Shown piece by piece: positions 15,856 to 25,329 of a DNA stretch of 27,414 nucleotides. Each line of letters opens with the position of its first letter. Within the stretch, counting starts at the first letter, position 1. The notes below the pieces were generated by a model that saw nothing but the letters and a program-made list of their open reading frames with translations, searched no databases and was not told the origin of the DNA. The DNA comes from a virus (lineage: Duplodnaviria; Caudoviricetes): IMG/VR virus record IMGVR_UViG_3300021791_000008, positions 1-27,414 of that record; one strand, written 5' to 3'. Made by a program: the position numbers and the translations under genes.

Positions 15856-16554
15856 ATGGTTGACGTTGCGGGGAAAATAAAGAGGCACCCATCAATCCTT
15901 AATGATAATCAAAATTATCAAGAGGATTTGGTTGACGCTTCAAAGTCATTTATTAGGACTTATTGCAGGTTGCCAGCGTTCCCAGACCTTGCGCGAGGAT
16001 ATTCGAGGAGCGGGTTGTCGCCGTCAACGGACATCTCCTCGATTGGTTCCAATAGTTTATTGATTGGAGCAAACGGACACGCCGCGGTTGAGGTTTCCGT
16101 CACTCTTGCATCTTGCACGACAGGGACAGCGACGGCAACGGAACTTCAGGCGCAGATCCGCGCAGCGTCCCCAAAAAGTTTTGACGAGATATCGGTTGAT
16201 TATAACTCGGATACCTCTGGCTCTGAATATTACAAGGTAACCTCCGGCCGATACGGTGAAGGGTCTTTCGTTCGGGTTGGATTTAATGAGGACGCCAATG
16301 ACGTTTGCGAGAACCTGAAGTTGTCTCCGAGTTATGGCGGCGTTGAGGTCTTGGGGTCTTGGGACGATGAGGAGTTACAGTGGGCGGCGGCGCAGTTAGT
16401 CGAAGAACGATACCGTCAACTTAAACTCGGGAACATCCCCGGTAATACTGGATTCACAGACCGAGACCTAAGCCCATCTTTAAGAAGTTTGCTACAGAAT
16501 CGGCGACGTCTATCAACTCGGCGTTTCCCTTCTAGCATTCCCGAAATGGTCTAA
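15856..16554 (+). CDS. Head-tail adaptor-like protein with an inserted domain
   Basis: LVDASKSFIRTYCR at the N-terminus and ELQWAAAQLV...LRSLLQNRRR at the C-terminus resemble gp6/gp15 adaptors. Confidence 0.6.
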   Translation: MVDVAGKIKRHPSILNDNQNYQEDLVDASKSFIRTYCRLPAFPDLARGYSRSGLSPSTDISSIGSNSLLIGANGHAAVEVSVTLASCTTGTATATELQAQIRAASPKSFDEISVDYNSDTSGSEYYKVTSGRYGEGSFVRVGFNEDANDVCENLKLSPSYGGVEVLGSWDDEELQWAAAQLVEERYRQLKLGNIPGNTGFTDRDLSPSLRSLLQNRRRLSTRRFPSSIPEMV

Positions 16555-16874
16555 TGATAACGAACAACATTGACGGCGTATTGAGAGAGGCCAAGAAAAT
16601 CATGGGGAAAGACTTGCTCCGATTCGCCGAGAGTATGGCCGGGGCAATGGCTGAGAGGGAAGCGCCCATTTTAACGGGGCACTTGCGCGGGTCGATAAAA
16701 ATAAACGCCGAGAGAATCCCCGAATTTGTGTTAGTGCAAACGGAGACGGGCGGCGGTGGGCCAGGGTACGGCGGATACGTCCAACTAGGGACGAGCAAGA
16801 CGGCCGCCAACCCATATTTTAACCGAGGGTTTGAGCACGCAAAGTCACGGGTTAAACCCGGGAGGAAGGGTTGA
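16554..16874 (+). CDS. HK97 gp10-like tail completion protein
   Basis: APILTGHLRGSI...YGGYVQLGTSKTAANPYF. Confidence 0.88.
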   Translation: MITNNIDGVLREAKKIMGKDLLRFAESMAGAMAEREAPILTGHLRGSIKINAERIPEFVLVQTETGGGGPGYGGYVQLGTSKTAANPYFNRGFEHAKSRVKPGRKG

Positions 16875-17287
16875 TGGTGACGAGCCCAACAAAGGTTGAC
16901 GCCAACGCCGTCCTTGAGGAGTTCTTATCATCGACGGCTAGCGATATATACGTTGAGGTCGGCGATAGGGTTTATGAGTCGCGCCCGCCGTCACGTTTTA
17001 CAAATACAAGCGCCGCCCTTGTTTATTCTTTCGATTCTGAAATTCAGATCGGAATAACGGCGCAAAGTAGCGCCGTGGTGACATTTAAATGTTACGGCGG
17101 TACAACGGCGACGATTGATTGCCGGAGGGTTGCAAGGGCGTTGCACGATAGGATGACGGGCGGAGGGTCGGCGCAGTCTAGCGGGTCTTTTGTTTTTGGC
17201 TCCCATCTCTTGACGCAAGGGCCGCTTTTTGACCCGTCCGAAAATTGGCCGTTTATGCTGGCACGGTTTCAAATTACTATAGGGTAA
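16871..17287 (+). CDS. Tail terminator protein
   Basis: Position and size; VGDRVY...P, TFKCYG pattern. Confidence 0.65.
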   Translation: MMVTSPTKVDANAVLEEFLSSTASDIYVEVGDRVYESRPPSRFTNTSAALVYSFDSEIQIGITAQSSAVVTFKCYGGTTATIDCRRVARALHDRMTGGGSAQSSGSFVFGSHLLTQGPLFDPSENWPFMLARFQITIG

Positions 17288-17299
17288 GGAGGTTTTTTC

Positions 17300-17812
17300 A
17301 TGGCCGCAGAAATCAATCACATTGTTAATCAAATAGCACTAGGGGACGCAAGCGAGGCGCTGCCGTCGAGTCCCTCCGCAGGGTCAAATATTACCTTGTC
17401 GGGAAATTGGGCCGCGCTAACTTGGAACTTAGGCGACGACGGCGTTTCCTTTACGTTCTCGGAGGAGGAGGTGGATATTGATTCACCGACAACACAATTC
17501 CGGTTGGATGGGCACTTAATCAAGAACGGGATGGAGGAGTGTACTTTCAACGCTGCTCAAATAATCGCCGCCACATTTTCTGACTCATCCTCGGGGGTAT
17601 CGACGGGGGCCGTAACTGAGGAGGGAACGGTGGTAACGAAGCGAAGCCTATTAGTTGAATTTTACGGCATCGGCCTTATCTATTGCCCCAAGGTTAGATT
17701 GAGAATTGTGGGGATTGATAGCAACGTCAACGGGTTGGTGAATGTTAAATATTCCGCTAAGGTTTTTGCAACGTCGTCAATCCCGGGTGGTTGGCAATAC
17801 GTCGCATATTAG
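17300..17812 (+). CDS. Major tail tube protein
   Basis: AAGGAGG RBS; LGDDGVSFTFSEE; beta-rich 170 aa; position. Confidence 0.7.
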   Translation: MAAEINHIVNQIALGDASEALPSSPSAGSNITLSGNWAALTWNLGDDGVSFTFSEEEVDIDSPTTQFRLDGHLIKNGMEECTFNAAQIIAATFSDSSSGVSTGAVTEEGTVVTKRSLLVEFYGIGLIYCPKVRLRIVGIDSNVNGLVNVKYSAKVFATSSIPGGWQYVAY

Positions 17813-17821
17813 GGGGCCGTT

Positions 17822-18043
17822 ATGGGGTTTTATATTTCCAATTTTCAGGGGCACTACCACATCTTAGACGATGCAACAAAGCAGGTCGCAAAAGACAAAA
17901 CCGGCTTGCCGTATTGTGGCCCGGGGGTGAAGACCTTACGAGAGGCGGAGGCGTTGTTGCCTGATGGGAAAATAAAACAAACGCCCGAACATTTTGCAAC
18001 GAAGAGAGCGAAAAAGAAAACAAATAGAAAGGGGAAGAAATGA
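17822..18043 (+). CDS. Small hypothetical protein
   Basis: GGGGG RBS; ATGA overlap with the chaperone gene. Confidence 0.6.
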   Translation: MGFYISNFQGHYHILDDATKQVAKDKTGLPYCGPGVKTLREAEALLPDGKIKQTPEHFATKRAKKKTNRKGKK

Positions 18044-18468
18044 AGGAATCTGACGTAATAGGGAACAGGGAATTTACCTTGTTTCAGTGCAACGGCACGA
18101 CGTACAGGGCGAGGGCGTTGCCCTATCTTGACGCCCTGCGCTGGCTAGAAAAGGTAAACGCTCTGGCAACGTATGACGAGCAACTATCGCAAGCCAGCGG
18201 GGACTTGATTAAGATGGGGGCGATTAAGATAAAATATGCGGAGGCGTTGGCGGATTGTGTCCTTGACTACAACCCCGATTGGGACAGAGAAGAAATGAAA
18301 GGGAAAGTGTCGCTGGAACAAATCAGCGAGGCTTTTTTGCGGTTGCGAGACATCAACGACCCTTTCGAGAGAATACAATCGAGGGAGTCGACGAAGTTAT
18401 CACAGCGGCTATCAGGGCTTCCGCCGGACGTAATATCGCAAGCGCTGAAAATGACGTCCTCCCAATAG
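18040..18468 (+). CDS. Tail assembly chaperone (gpG-like)
   Basis: Between tail tube and tape measure genes; in-frame slippery heptamers. Confidence 0.7.
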   Translation: MKESDVIGNREFTLFQCNGTTYRARALPYLDALRWLEKVNALATYDEQLSQASGDLIKMGAIKIKYAEALADCVLDYNPDWDREEMKGKVSLEQISEAFLRLRDINDPFERIQSRESTKLSQRLSGLPPDVISQALKMTSSQ

Positions 18469-18725
18469 CGGGGGGGTTGATTGGCATAGCGCAAGCGCTC
18501 CCAGGGCTCTCACCTTGGGACATTGCGACAAGTTGGACTAATGGTCAGGTTATGTTAGCGACGCTTGTTTTATTTCGGCAAAATTTAAAAATGCAAAACG
18601 AATCAACAACGACACAGACACGGGCCGCCCCAAAGATAACAGAGGAGCGCCGAGGCGGCCGGATTTTCCGGAGGACGACGTACAGCCCGGGACAACTACT
18701 TCAACACGTTGGAGGGGGTCAATAG
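18360..18725 (+). CDS. Tail assembly chaperone -1 frameshift extension (gpGT-like)
   Basis: -1 frame is open 18279-18725; C CCT TTC at 18360-18366 (alternative T TTT TTG at 18333-18339). Confidence 0.55.
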   Translation, partial: PFRENTIEGVDEVITAAIRASAGRNIASAENDVLPIAGGLIGIAQALPGLSPWDIATSWTNGQVMLATLVLFRQNLKMQNESTTTQTRAAPKITEERRGGRIFRRTTYSPGQLLQHVGGGQ

Positions 18726-18728
18726 ACA

Positions 18729-20132
18729 ATGCCAATTAGCGCAGGCGATGCGGTATGGACGATACGGGGCGACCTGTCCAAATTAAATAAAGCACTAGAC
18801 GAGGGAGCCGCCAACGTTAAGGGCGCCAGCGCGAAAATCTTAAAAAACTCGCGAGCCGTTGGTATTGGAATAACGGCGATGGGCGCATCAGTAACGGCCG
18901 GGGTTCTCGCGGCCGTCTCCTCTTTTGCAAAGTATGGAGATGAGATCGGGAAAATGGCACAGCGGACGGGGTTTTCAACTCAGGCCATTTCCGTATGGAG
19001 GCACGCCGCAGAGCAAACAGGGACGTCCATTGAGTCCGTCGAGAAGGCAATCAAAAAAGCGAGCGTATCAATATTAAACTTTGACATCGAACAGAAAAAA
19101 GCGGCGGAGTCTGGGAAACTTGCCACGGGAACATATAGCACGATGTTCTCAGTTCTTGGTCTCTCGGTGGAGCAACTAAAAGGGGCCGCTCCGGAAGAGG
19201 CGTTCGCCGTTATCGCCCAGGCGCTGCAAAAAGTCCCGGATGAAATGGAGCGCCTAGCCTTGGCGCAGCAAGTGCTAGGTCGTTCGGGGGCGGACTTGTT
19301 GCCGTTAATAATGCAAGGCAAGGAAGGGCTCGCCGCTTATGGAGCAGAAGCGGGGAAGTTGGGGTTGATACTTGAGGACACGAAATCACAGGAGGCGTTC
19401 ACCGACAATATGGACGAGATGAGGAAGTCGTTCCAGGGATTAATAAATAACCTCGTTCCGGTTCTCCTCCCGGCGCTAGTGTCGTTAATTGAGTTTATCA
19501 CGGCCCTTGTTGTTAAGGTGACGGAGTGGAGTAAGAATAATACAGGGCTAGCGAAAACGGTGGCCATTGTTGGTGCAGCGTTGGGGGGTATTGCATCTAT
19601 TATTGGCCCCGTGCTTATTGTTCTTCCCGGACTAATCACGGCGTTCGGTGTGGTCGCTAAGGCGGCGATTAAGATTAAGCCCGCCATTATGGGATTGAGT
19701 GGGCCTTTTGGGTGGATTACTGGCGCCGTTATACTGTTAACGGTTGCGATTGTCAAAAACTGGGATACAATCAAGAGCGCCTCAAAGGCGATGTGGGATT
19801 TTGTTGTCCGGGGGTTTGATTGGTTGCTCGGTAAAATCAAATCAATTATCGGATCAATTAAAAAAATGTTGGGAGGCGGCATATTTGGGTCAATTAAGGA
19901 TTTTGTTTCCGGCGGAATTTCGGGCGCCGTCTCGTTAGGGCAAGCCGGCGTTGATATGGTTACCGGCGGGGGGGATAATATGAGCGGATCAACAACGCCG
20001 CAAAGCGTGAGCGCTAACGTCAACTTCAACGCTCCCGTCAACGTTAACTCCTCAAGTCAAATACACGAACTCGCGGAGACAATGGGCGCACGATTACAAG
20101 CAGACCTCCGCGCCGTTGGGGTTGGTATATAA
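18729..20132 (+). CDS. Tape measure protein (short, 467 aa)
   Basis: Ala/Gly-rich helical sequence; AIVKNWDTIK repeat-type motif; hydrophobic segments. Confidence 0.9.
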   Translation: MPISAGDAVWTIRGDLSKLNKALDEGAANVKGASAKILKNSRAVGIGITAMGASVTAGVLAAVSSFAKYGDEIGKMAQRTGFSTQAISVWRHAAEQTGTSIESVEKAIKKASVSILNFDIEQKKAAESGKLATGTYSTMFSVLGLSVEQLKGAAPEEAFAVIAQALQKVPDEMERLALAQQVLGRSGADLLPLIMQGKEGLAAYGAEAGKLGLILEDTKSQEAFTDNMDEMRKSFQGLINNLVPVLLPALVSLIEFITALVVKVTEWSKNNTGLAKTVAIVGAALGGIASIIGPVLIVLPGLITAFGVVAKAAIKIKPAIMGLSGPFGWITGAVILLTVAIVKNWDTIKSASKAMWDFVVRGFDWLLGKIKSIIGSIKKMLGGGIFGSIKDFVSGGISGAVSLGQAGVDMVTGGGDNMSGSTTPQSVSANVNFNAPVNVNSSSQIHELAETMGARLQADLRAVGVGI

Positions 20133-20548
20133 TGGCGAGCAACGGAAACTCATTCAATTATAACGCGATTGATTTCGGCGAAACGTCCAATTATAACCTT
20201 TGGGTTGTGTCTCACAATATGCCATCTATCGCGCAGCCGAGGCTCTATATGATGAATTTGTCGGGCGCTCATGGGAGCGTCTCTTTTTCTTCATTTTACG
20301 AGCCTATGTATTTTAATTTGGACTGCATCGTGTTAGCAACCAACGAGGAAAACAGAAAAATACAAGTCGGGAATGTTATTTCTCAACTAAAAAATACCAT
20401 AGTAGGCGAAAAGAGTTTCACCCTTGACGACGACCCCGACTCGGGGGTTTATAATGTTCGGCTAGTTAATGGGGTTGACTTGACCCTTGCGATTAATGGG
20501 GCGCAGTTTCCTTTGACTTTTGTCGCACCCGACCCAATACCGACGTAA
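20132..20548 (+). CDS. Distal tail protein (Dit-like)
   Basis: Follows the tape measure gene; FNYNAID...LTFVAPDP. Confidence 0.75.
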   Translation: MASNGNSFNYNAIDFGETSNYNLWVVSHNMPSIAQPRLYMMNLSGAHGSVSFSSFYEPMYFNLDCIVLATNEENRKIQVGNVISQLKNTIVGEKSFTLDDDPDSGVYNVRLVNGVDLTLAINGAQFPLTFVAPDPIPT

Positions 20549-20563
20549 CAACAAGGAAATAAA

Positions 20564-21277
20564 ATGGCTCAAATCTTACACCGAAACGTTGTTGATGATT
20601 GGTTCGCAACTCTGGACGTTGCGCCGGACGGTAGCACAACGTCAATCGACCTTGCATCTTCAGGGGCGACGGGCTCGCCCGATGTTCCTTTTTATTTTAA
20701 TATCGATCAAGAAATAATAAAATGCACCGCTATCGCCGTGGACACCCCGTCGTCGGGGAAGGATAGGTTGACAGTTGTACGCGGGGTTGCCTCTACGTCG
20801 GCGGCGTCTCACCTTGTCACGGCGGTAGTTGAGCAATCAGCCTTTGCCATCCAAATAACGGAACTACAGGAGAAGCAGGAAATACTAGAAAAAACGATTG
20901 TCAACAGTTACGGCGGAGCCGCCGTCGAGGGTGTTGTTCGCACAAGCGACTCAACCCAACTCGAGACGGTGCAGCAGGGCACGCCCGATATGACGGTGAA
21001 AATAAAAGAGGGTTCTTCCGTCGTGTCCGGTTCGATTAGTGGCATTCTCTCGGACTATACAACGCCAACAATCACCGCCCCCTCGGGAAATCCTAGAAAA
21101 GATATTGTTCAAATTAATCAAGAAAATTCAGTTACTGTTAAAACTGGAGCAGAGGGAAGCAGCCCTGCCGCTCCGGCGGTGGACACAGACAACTTGTTGC
21201 TTGCAACTATTGATTTAGCCGTCTCGCAATCGTCAATCACAACAAGCGACATCACAGACGGCAGGGTTTATATATAA
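20564..21277 (+). CDS. Minor tail/baseplate structural protein
   Basis: LTVVRGVASTSAASH; NPRKDIVQI...LLLATIDL...ITDGR motifs. Confidence 0.65.
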   Translation: MAQILHRNVVDDWFATLDVAPDGSTTSIDLASSGATGSPDVPFYFNIDQEIIKCTAIAVDTPSSGKDRLTVVRGVASTSAASHLVTAVVEQSAFAIQITELQEKQEILEKTIVNSYGGAAVEGVVRTSDSTQLETVQQGTPDMTVKIKEGSSVVSGSISGILSDYTTPTITAPSGNPRKDIVQINQENSVTVKTGAEGSSPAAPAVDTDNLLLATIDLAVSQSSITTSDITDGRVYI

Positions 21278-21413
21278 TGGCCAGGACGTTAAACCCGCCA
21301 GTGGCGGGCGGTATTGTACTCACAACCTAATAAAAGCGGTTCTAGGGCCGTTTCTGTTGGTTTTATGGCTATAATGGTAGCAGTGACAAACGAAAAAACA
21401 CGAATAAAGACTA

Positions 21414-23684
21414 ATGAATAGATGGGGCACTTTTCGCTTGGGGGCAAACCCTGACGACCCGGGGGCGTTCGCCGACGCCGGGGGCTACGCATCCCCGGGA
21501 GGATTCGCGCCGCGATGGTTTCGCGATGTGCCCGAGACCCAAGACGACTTGCTTTCCCTACCTTACTGGGAGCGCCCCCTTGGGGGCACTATTGGAGGCA
21601 GGGGGAAAGGAAAGCCCGGAGGGGTTGGGGATAACGCCCCCGAGGACAACGACACCTCGGCAACGATCCGCCTTCCTCAAGTGGTGGGAGGTACTCCAGA
21701 GGATTTGGCGGTTGATGTTGACCGGACGGTAAGTTATACAATTGAGATATTCCGGTCTTTTTCTTTTGTAGCAAAAGTTACAGAGTGGACGGCGGGGCGA
21801 TTGAGAATGGAAATCGACAAGCCCTCCGAATTACAATTCTCGGTCGCCGGCAATTCGTCCTTGGCGGCGTCGCTGGAACCCCCAAACGTGATACACCTAA
21901 AGGATCGTTGGGGTTTTGTTATGGGAGTGTTCCACATCAAGCGGAGAGTTAAGCGCAGGGACGGCGACGCGTATTTTGTGGATGTGTTTGCTCAAGATGG
22001 ATTAGTGCAGATGGCGAGAGAGCCTATAGCGACATATAACACCGGATACGACGAGCAACAAACGATGGCTATGGCGGGCGTCACTGATCCGCTAGGCAAT
22101 AACGACGGATGGGTTAGGATACCAAAGAAAAAAAGAGTTGCCGACATAATCGGCGACCTATTAAGCGAGCAAGTGCAATCCCCTGCAATTGGTTTTGGTA
22201 AAATATCAAGATCAATTGCCGACTTTGAGGTTGCTTTTTCCGTCGACGTGACAACGTTGCTTGACGCCGTCCAAAAACTCCAAGCCGCATTGCCAAAGCA
22301 ATTGGCCGGGCATCAATATTATGACGCTAAAAATAGATTTAACTGGACTTCAAGCGTTGGGACAAGGGGCGAGTCAATCGAGTTAGGGAAGGGGTTGCAG
22401 GGAATAACGCACGAGGCCGACTGGGATGAGGTTATCACTCGACTCTATTTATACGGCGAAGGTTCTGATCATCGCACGAGGGTAAAACTAACAGACAGGG
22501 GGGCCGATTCGGCTTATGAATACGTCACCGCGTCGACTAGCGGCGCATACGGCGTCCTACCGCGTATTAAGGTATTAAACAACGTCAAACACCCCGCAAC
22601 CTTGCTCAATATTGCAAACAGGACGATTGAGGAATTTAAAGACCCCCAACTTTCTTTGACTATTAACGCCATTGATTTAAGCCGGACGGACACGGCGGGC
22701 TTTGAGTCTATAAATGATTTTTATGTGGGGAGCGAATACCGGGTTATAGACTCCGACCAGAGCCTTGACCTAACGGTGCGCGTTCAGTCAATAGAGCATG
22801 ACCTGGAGAACCCCTTGCCGGTCACAATACAACTTGACAACCGACGGAAAAGTTTCTCGGATTATATAAAATTCATCATTGACCAAATGAACCCCCCTGT
22901 CGACGTCAACGACGACGGGACAAGATACCCAAATATTAAGCGGACTTTTTACGGCGACGAAACCGACTCGACCTCAGCAAATTACATTCCGGGTTTAGTT
23001 TACAGGGACGGCGACCAAAGGACGGAAGCGCTAGGAGTGAGCGTCCGCAGGAAGCAACGCTGGGTTCAGCAAGGAATATATTATAATGGGCTAGCAAAAT
23101 CGAGCCTCCCGGATGACGAAAATATAGAAAAGTATGCGATGGCGAGGACGGACGATGCAAGGCTCTATAAACGGAACGAAGATAACGACGGGTGGACGTC
23201 CGCGGACTCCTTCCCGGAGGGGACGCAAAACGCCGGGCTTTTCAAAATAACCGGGGAGGATTCCGGGGCCTGGCAAATAAAGCGGATAGACTTAGACGGC
23301 GCAGAGTATGGGGACACTTTTTCGGGTGTTAAGGTTGGGCACTCAATGCTCAACGCGTACGCCGTCGATGACATTGTTTTTGCTGTCCCAATACGGAACG
23401 GCATCGACTCAGAGGAATCAACGTTCGGGATTATGAATCTAGCGACAGATGACGGGATTTTCAAAATAACCGCAGGGACTGCGGGTGATTGGACAATACA
23501 GCGCCTCGGAAACGATGGGGCCACCTATGGGCCGGAGTATGAGTCGGTGACCGTTGTTAGTGGACACGGTGACCCGTTCGAGATCAACGACACGGTGTTA
23601 GCGCGCAGCGTCCCAACTCTAGGCGGATCGCAGAGCGCCGCCGTATCCTGGAAAATATGGAACGGGTTGACGGTGGAGGCTTAG
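21414..23684 (+). CDS. Tail tip/baseplate hub protein (Tal-like)
   Basis: GKGLQGI...VITRLYLYG, AIDLS...VGSEYRVID...VRVQSIEHDLENP; duplicated C-terminal module. Confidence 0.75.
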   Translation: MNRWGTFRLGANPDDPGAFADAGGYASPGGFAPRWFRDVPETQDDLLSLPYWERPLGGTIGGRGKGKPGGVGDNAPEDNDTSATIRLPQVVGGTPEDLAVDVDRTVSYTIEIFRSFSFVAKVTEWTAGRLRMEIDKPSELQFSVAGNSSLAASLEPPNVIHLKDRWGFVMGVFHIKRRVKRRDGDAYFVDVFAQDGLVQMAREPIATYNTGYDEQQTMAMAGVTDPLGNNDGWVRIPKKKRVADIIGDLLSEQVQSPAIGFGKISRSIADFEVAFSVDVTTLLDAVQKLQAALPKQLAGHQYYDAKNRFNWTSSVGTRGESIELGKGLQGITHEADWDEVITRLYLYGEGSDHRTRVKLTDRGADSAYEYVTASTSGAYGVLPRIKVLNNVKHPATLLNIANRTIEEFKDPQLSLTINAIDLSRTDTAGFESINDFYVGSEYRVIDSDQSLDLTVRVQSIEHDLENPLPVTIQLDNRRKSFSDYIKFIIDQMNPPVDVNDDGTRYPNIKRTFYGDETDSTSANYIPGLVYRDGDQRTEALGVSVRRKQRWVQQGIYYNGLAKSSLPDDENIEKYAMARTDDARLYKRNEDNDGWTSADSFPEGTQNAGLFKITGEDSGAWQIKRIDLDGAEYGDTFSGVKVGHSMLNAYAVDDIVFAVPIRNGIDSEESTFGIMNLATDDGIFKITAGTAGDWTIQRLGNDGATYGPEYESVTVVSGHGDPFEINDTVLARSVPTLGGSQSAAVSWKIWNGLTVEA

Positions 23685-24797
23685 ATGGTCACTAGAGCCA
23701 AGGTTCCAGCGGTTCCAGTTTATGGCGTCGTGTTGGGTCGAGATTCAGAAATCGGAGACATAAGCCCGGGGGAGATTACAGCGGCCGGAGGGCTTGTCCA
23801 TAATTTAAAAAAAATGGAACATCAACTTGTCGCATTGACCCAAATGTTACAGCACGTAACACACAGCCCCAACGCCTCTAGCCCAATAGAAATATGGGAT
23901 CCCGTCGAGGTTGCCGGAATATACGCGGGGCACACAGGCGCCGACCCAGGGAAAGTACAAGTAAGCGATTCGCTTTATGGGGCAACGTATCACGATATGA
24001 CAACCACAAACGGCATCAATGACGAGCAATACATAACAGGGACAATAAGGACATGGATTGACGCTATAAGATCAAGGGCCGGGATCGTTGCGTGGAATTG
24101 GAGTTTCGGCAGCGATGAGAGGGTTGTTATGACCGGGGCTTTAATCGCCGAATATTGGGAGGCTATGGGTTCACTCGACGAGCACTCGGAGCGGGGCGAA
24201 GGGTACGAGGCTTCCGTTCGCAAAACGTTTTGGGATGGCGCCGTGTCAAATTACGACTGGGACGGAAACGGAGTGGGGCCTGCCTATTGGCGCGCAGGAT
24301 TGGAGGTTGAAGACGACTTGAACTATGAGGACAGACACATTTATAGGTTTGGCGAGGAGACGCGCCGCAGCGGGGTTTATACGTTCCTTGTCGCTCAACA
24401 CGACGACGAGGGCATCTTGCACGCGAACACAACAAGCGCCGGTCAATGGGAGATTGTGCACGGCGTCGATTCATCGGGCGACGCTGAGGACGCGTGGGAA
24501 TCAACGCCCGTCGGCACAGTTATCACGGCGCAAACAACCCCCGACACGGGGACACACAACGACACATACACAGACCTAATTGACTTGACGGGCATCCACC
24601 CAACATCAGGCAGCGGCGACTATGCTTATAGGGTTCAATACGTCACCGAGTCACCGTTGACGGACACGGGAAAAACAAATAGGCGTTTTTTTTCCGCGTG
24701 GGGGGGGGCGTCGGGAGGAACTAAGGCGTTCGCATTATGGCCCTCTGGTGGGGACGGTGCATCCGACCGGGGAATATGGCAGCCGGGCAAACAATAA
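23685..24797 (+). CDS. Putative tail or receptor-binding structural protein
   Basis: Position after the hub; acidic, Gly/Thr/Trp-rich. Confidence 0.55.
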   Translation: MVTRAKVPAVPVYGVVLGRDSEIGDISPGEITAAGGLVHNLKKMEHQLVALTQMLQHVTHSPNASSPIEIWDPVEVAGIYAGHTGADPGKVQVSDSLYGATYHDMTTTNGINDEQYITGTIRTWIDAIRSRAGIVAWNWSFGSDERVVMTGALIAEYWEAMGSLDEHSERGEGYEASVRKTFWDGAVSNYDWDGNGVGPAYWRAGLEVEDDLNYEDRHIYRFGEETRRSGVYTFLVAQHDDEGILHANTTSAGQWEIVHGVDSSGDAEDAWESTPVGTVITAQTTPDTGTHNDTYTDLIDLTGIHPTSGSGDYAYRVQYVTESPLTDTGKTNRRFFSAWGGASGGTKAFALWPSGGDGASDRGIWQPGKQ

Positions 24798-24812
24798 TCA
24801 AAGGGAGTAAAC

Positions 24813-25319
24813 ATGAGTTCAACCAGCGTATCAGCAACAGTTATCTCTAACTTTTCCGCGAAAGAAACATACACCTTGACATCGACGCCACAAGCGGCGT
24901 CAAGCACGACTATAATAAACCACAACGGGCTTGATTCCAGTAGGGCGCTAGACTCATCGACAACGCCGGCAATCACAAAAGTTGCAGTATTGACGGCGAC
25001 CTTGTCGGGAGGGGCTCTAACTCTCAACCTAGCCTCTCTCACGGGGACGGAGGGGGAGACGGTCGACGGTACAGGGTTAAAGGTTCAGGTTCTCAAGTTG
25101 TCGGCGTCGAGTGCAAACACCGGGGCTATAACTATCGTACCTGGCGCAAGCAATGGAATTAATTTGCTCGGGGCGTCGTCTAGTCTTGCCGTGTACCCGG
25201 GCGGAGAGTACTTGTTATATTTCGACGACGAATCCCCGGATATCTCCTCGAGCGTAAGAACCCTTGACTTGAGCGGAACAGGAACCGAGGCGTTAAGCGT
25301 CGGCGTCCTTATGGGATAG
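24813..25319 (+). CDS. Ser/Thr-rich beta-structured virion protein (putative)
   Basis: GGGAG RBS; composition and position. Confidence 0.6.
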   Translation: MSSTSVSATVISNFSAKETYTLTSTPQAASSTTIINHNGLDSSRALDSSTTPAITKVAVLTATLSGGALTLNLASLTGTEGETVDGTGLKVQVLKLSASSANTGAITIVPGASNGINLLGASSSLAVYPGGEYLLYFDDESPDISSSVRTLDLSGTGTEALSVGVLMG

Positions 25320-25329
25320 GAGAATAAAA

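Noticed and set aside
18301-18307. Lambda-type slippery sequence GGGAAAG in the tail chaperone
   Set aside because: It is read GGG AAA G, the wrong phase for tandem -1 slippage
23682-24815. Three tail ORFs in the same frame separated by single stops, suggesting read-through or stop recoding
   Set aside because: Genes are full length under the standard code, TAG ends several genes, and the downstream ORFs have their own RBS and ATG
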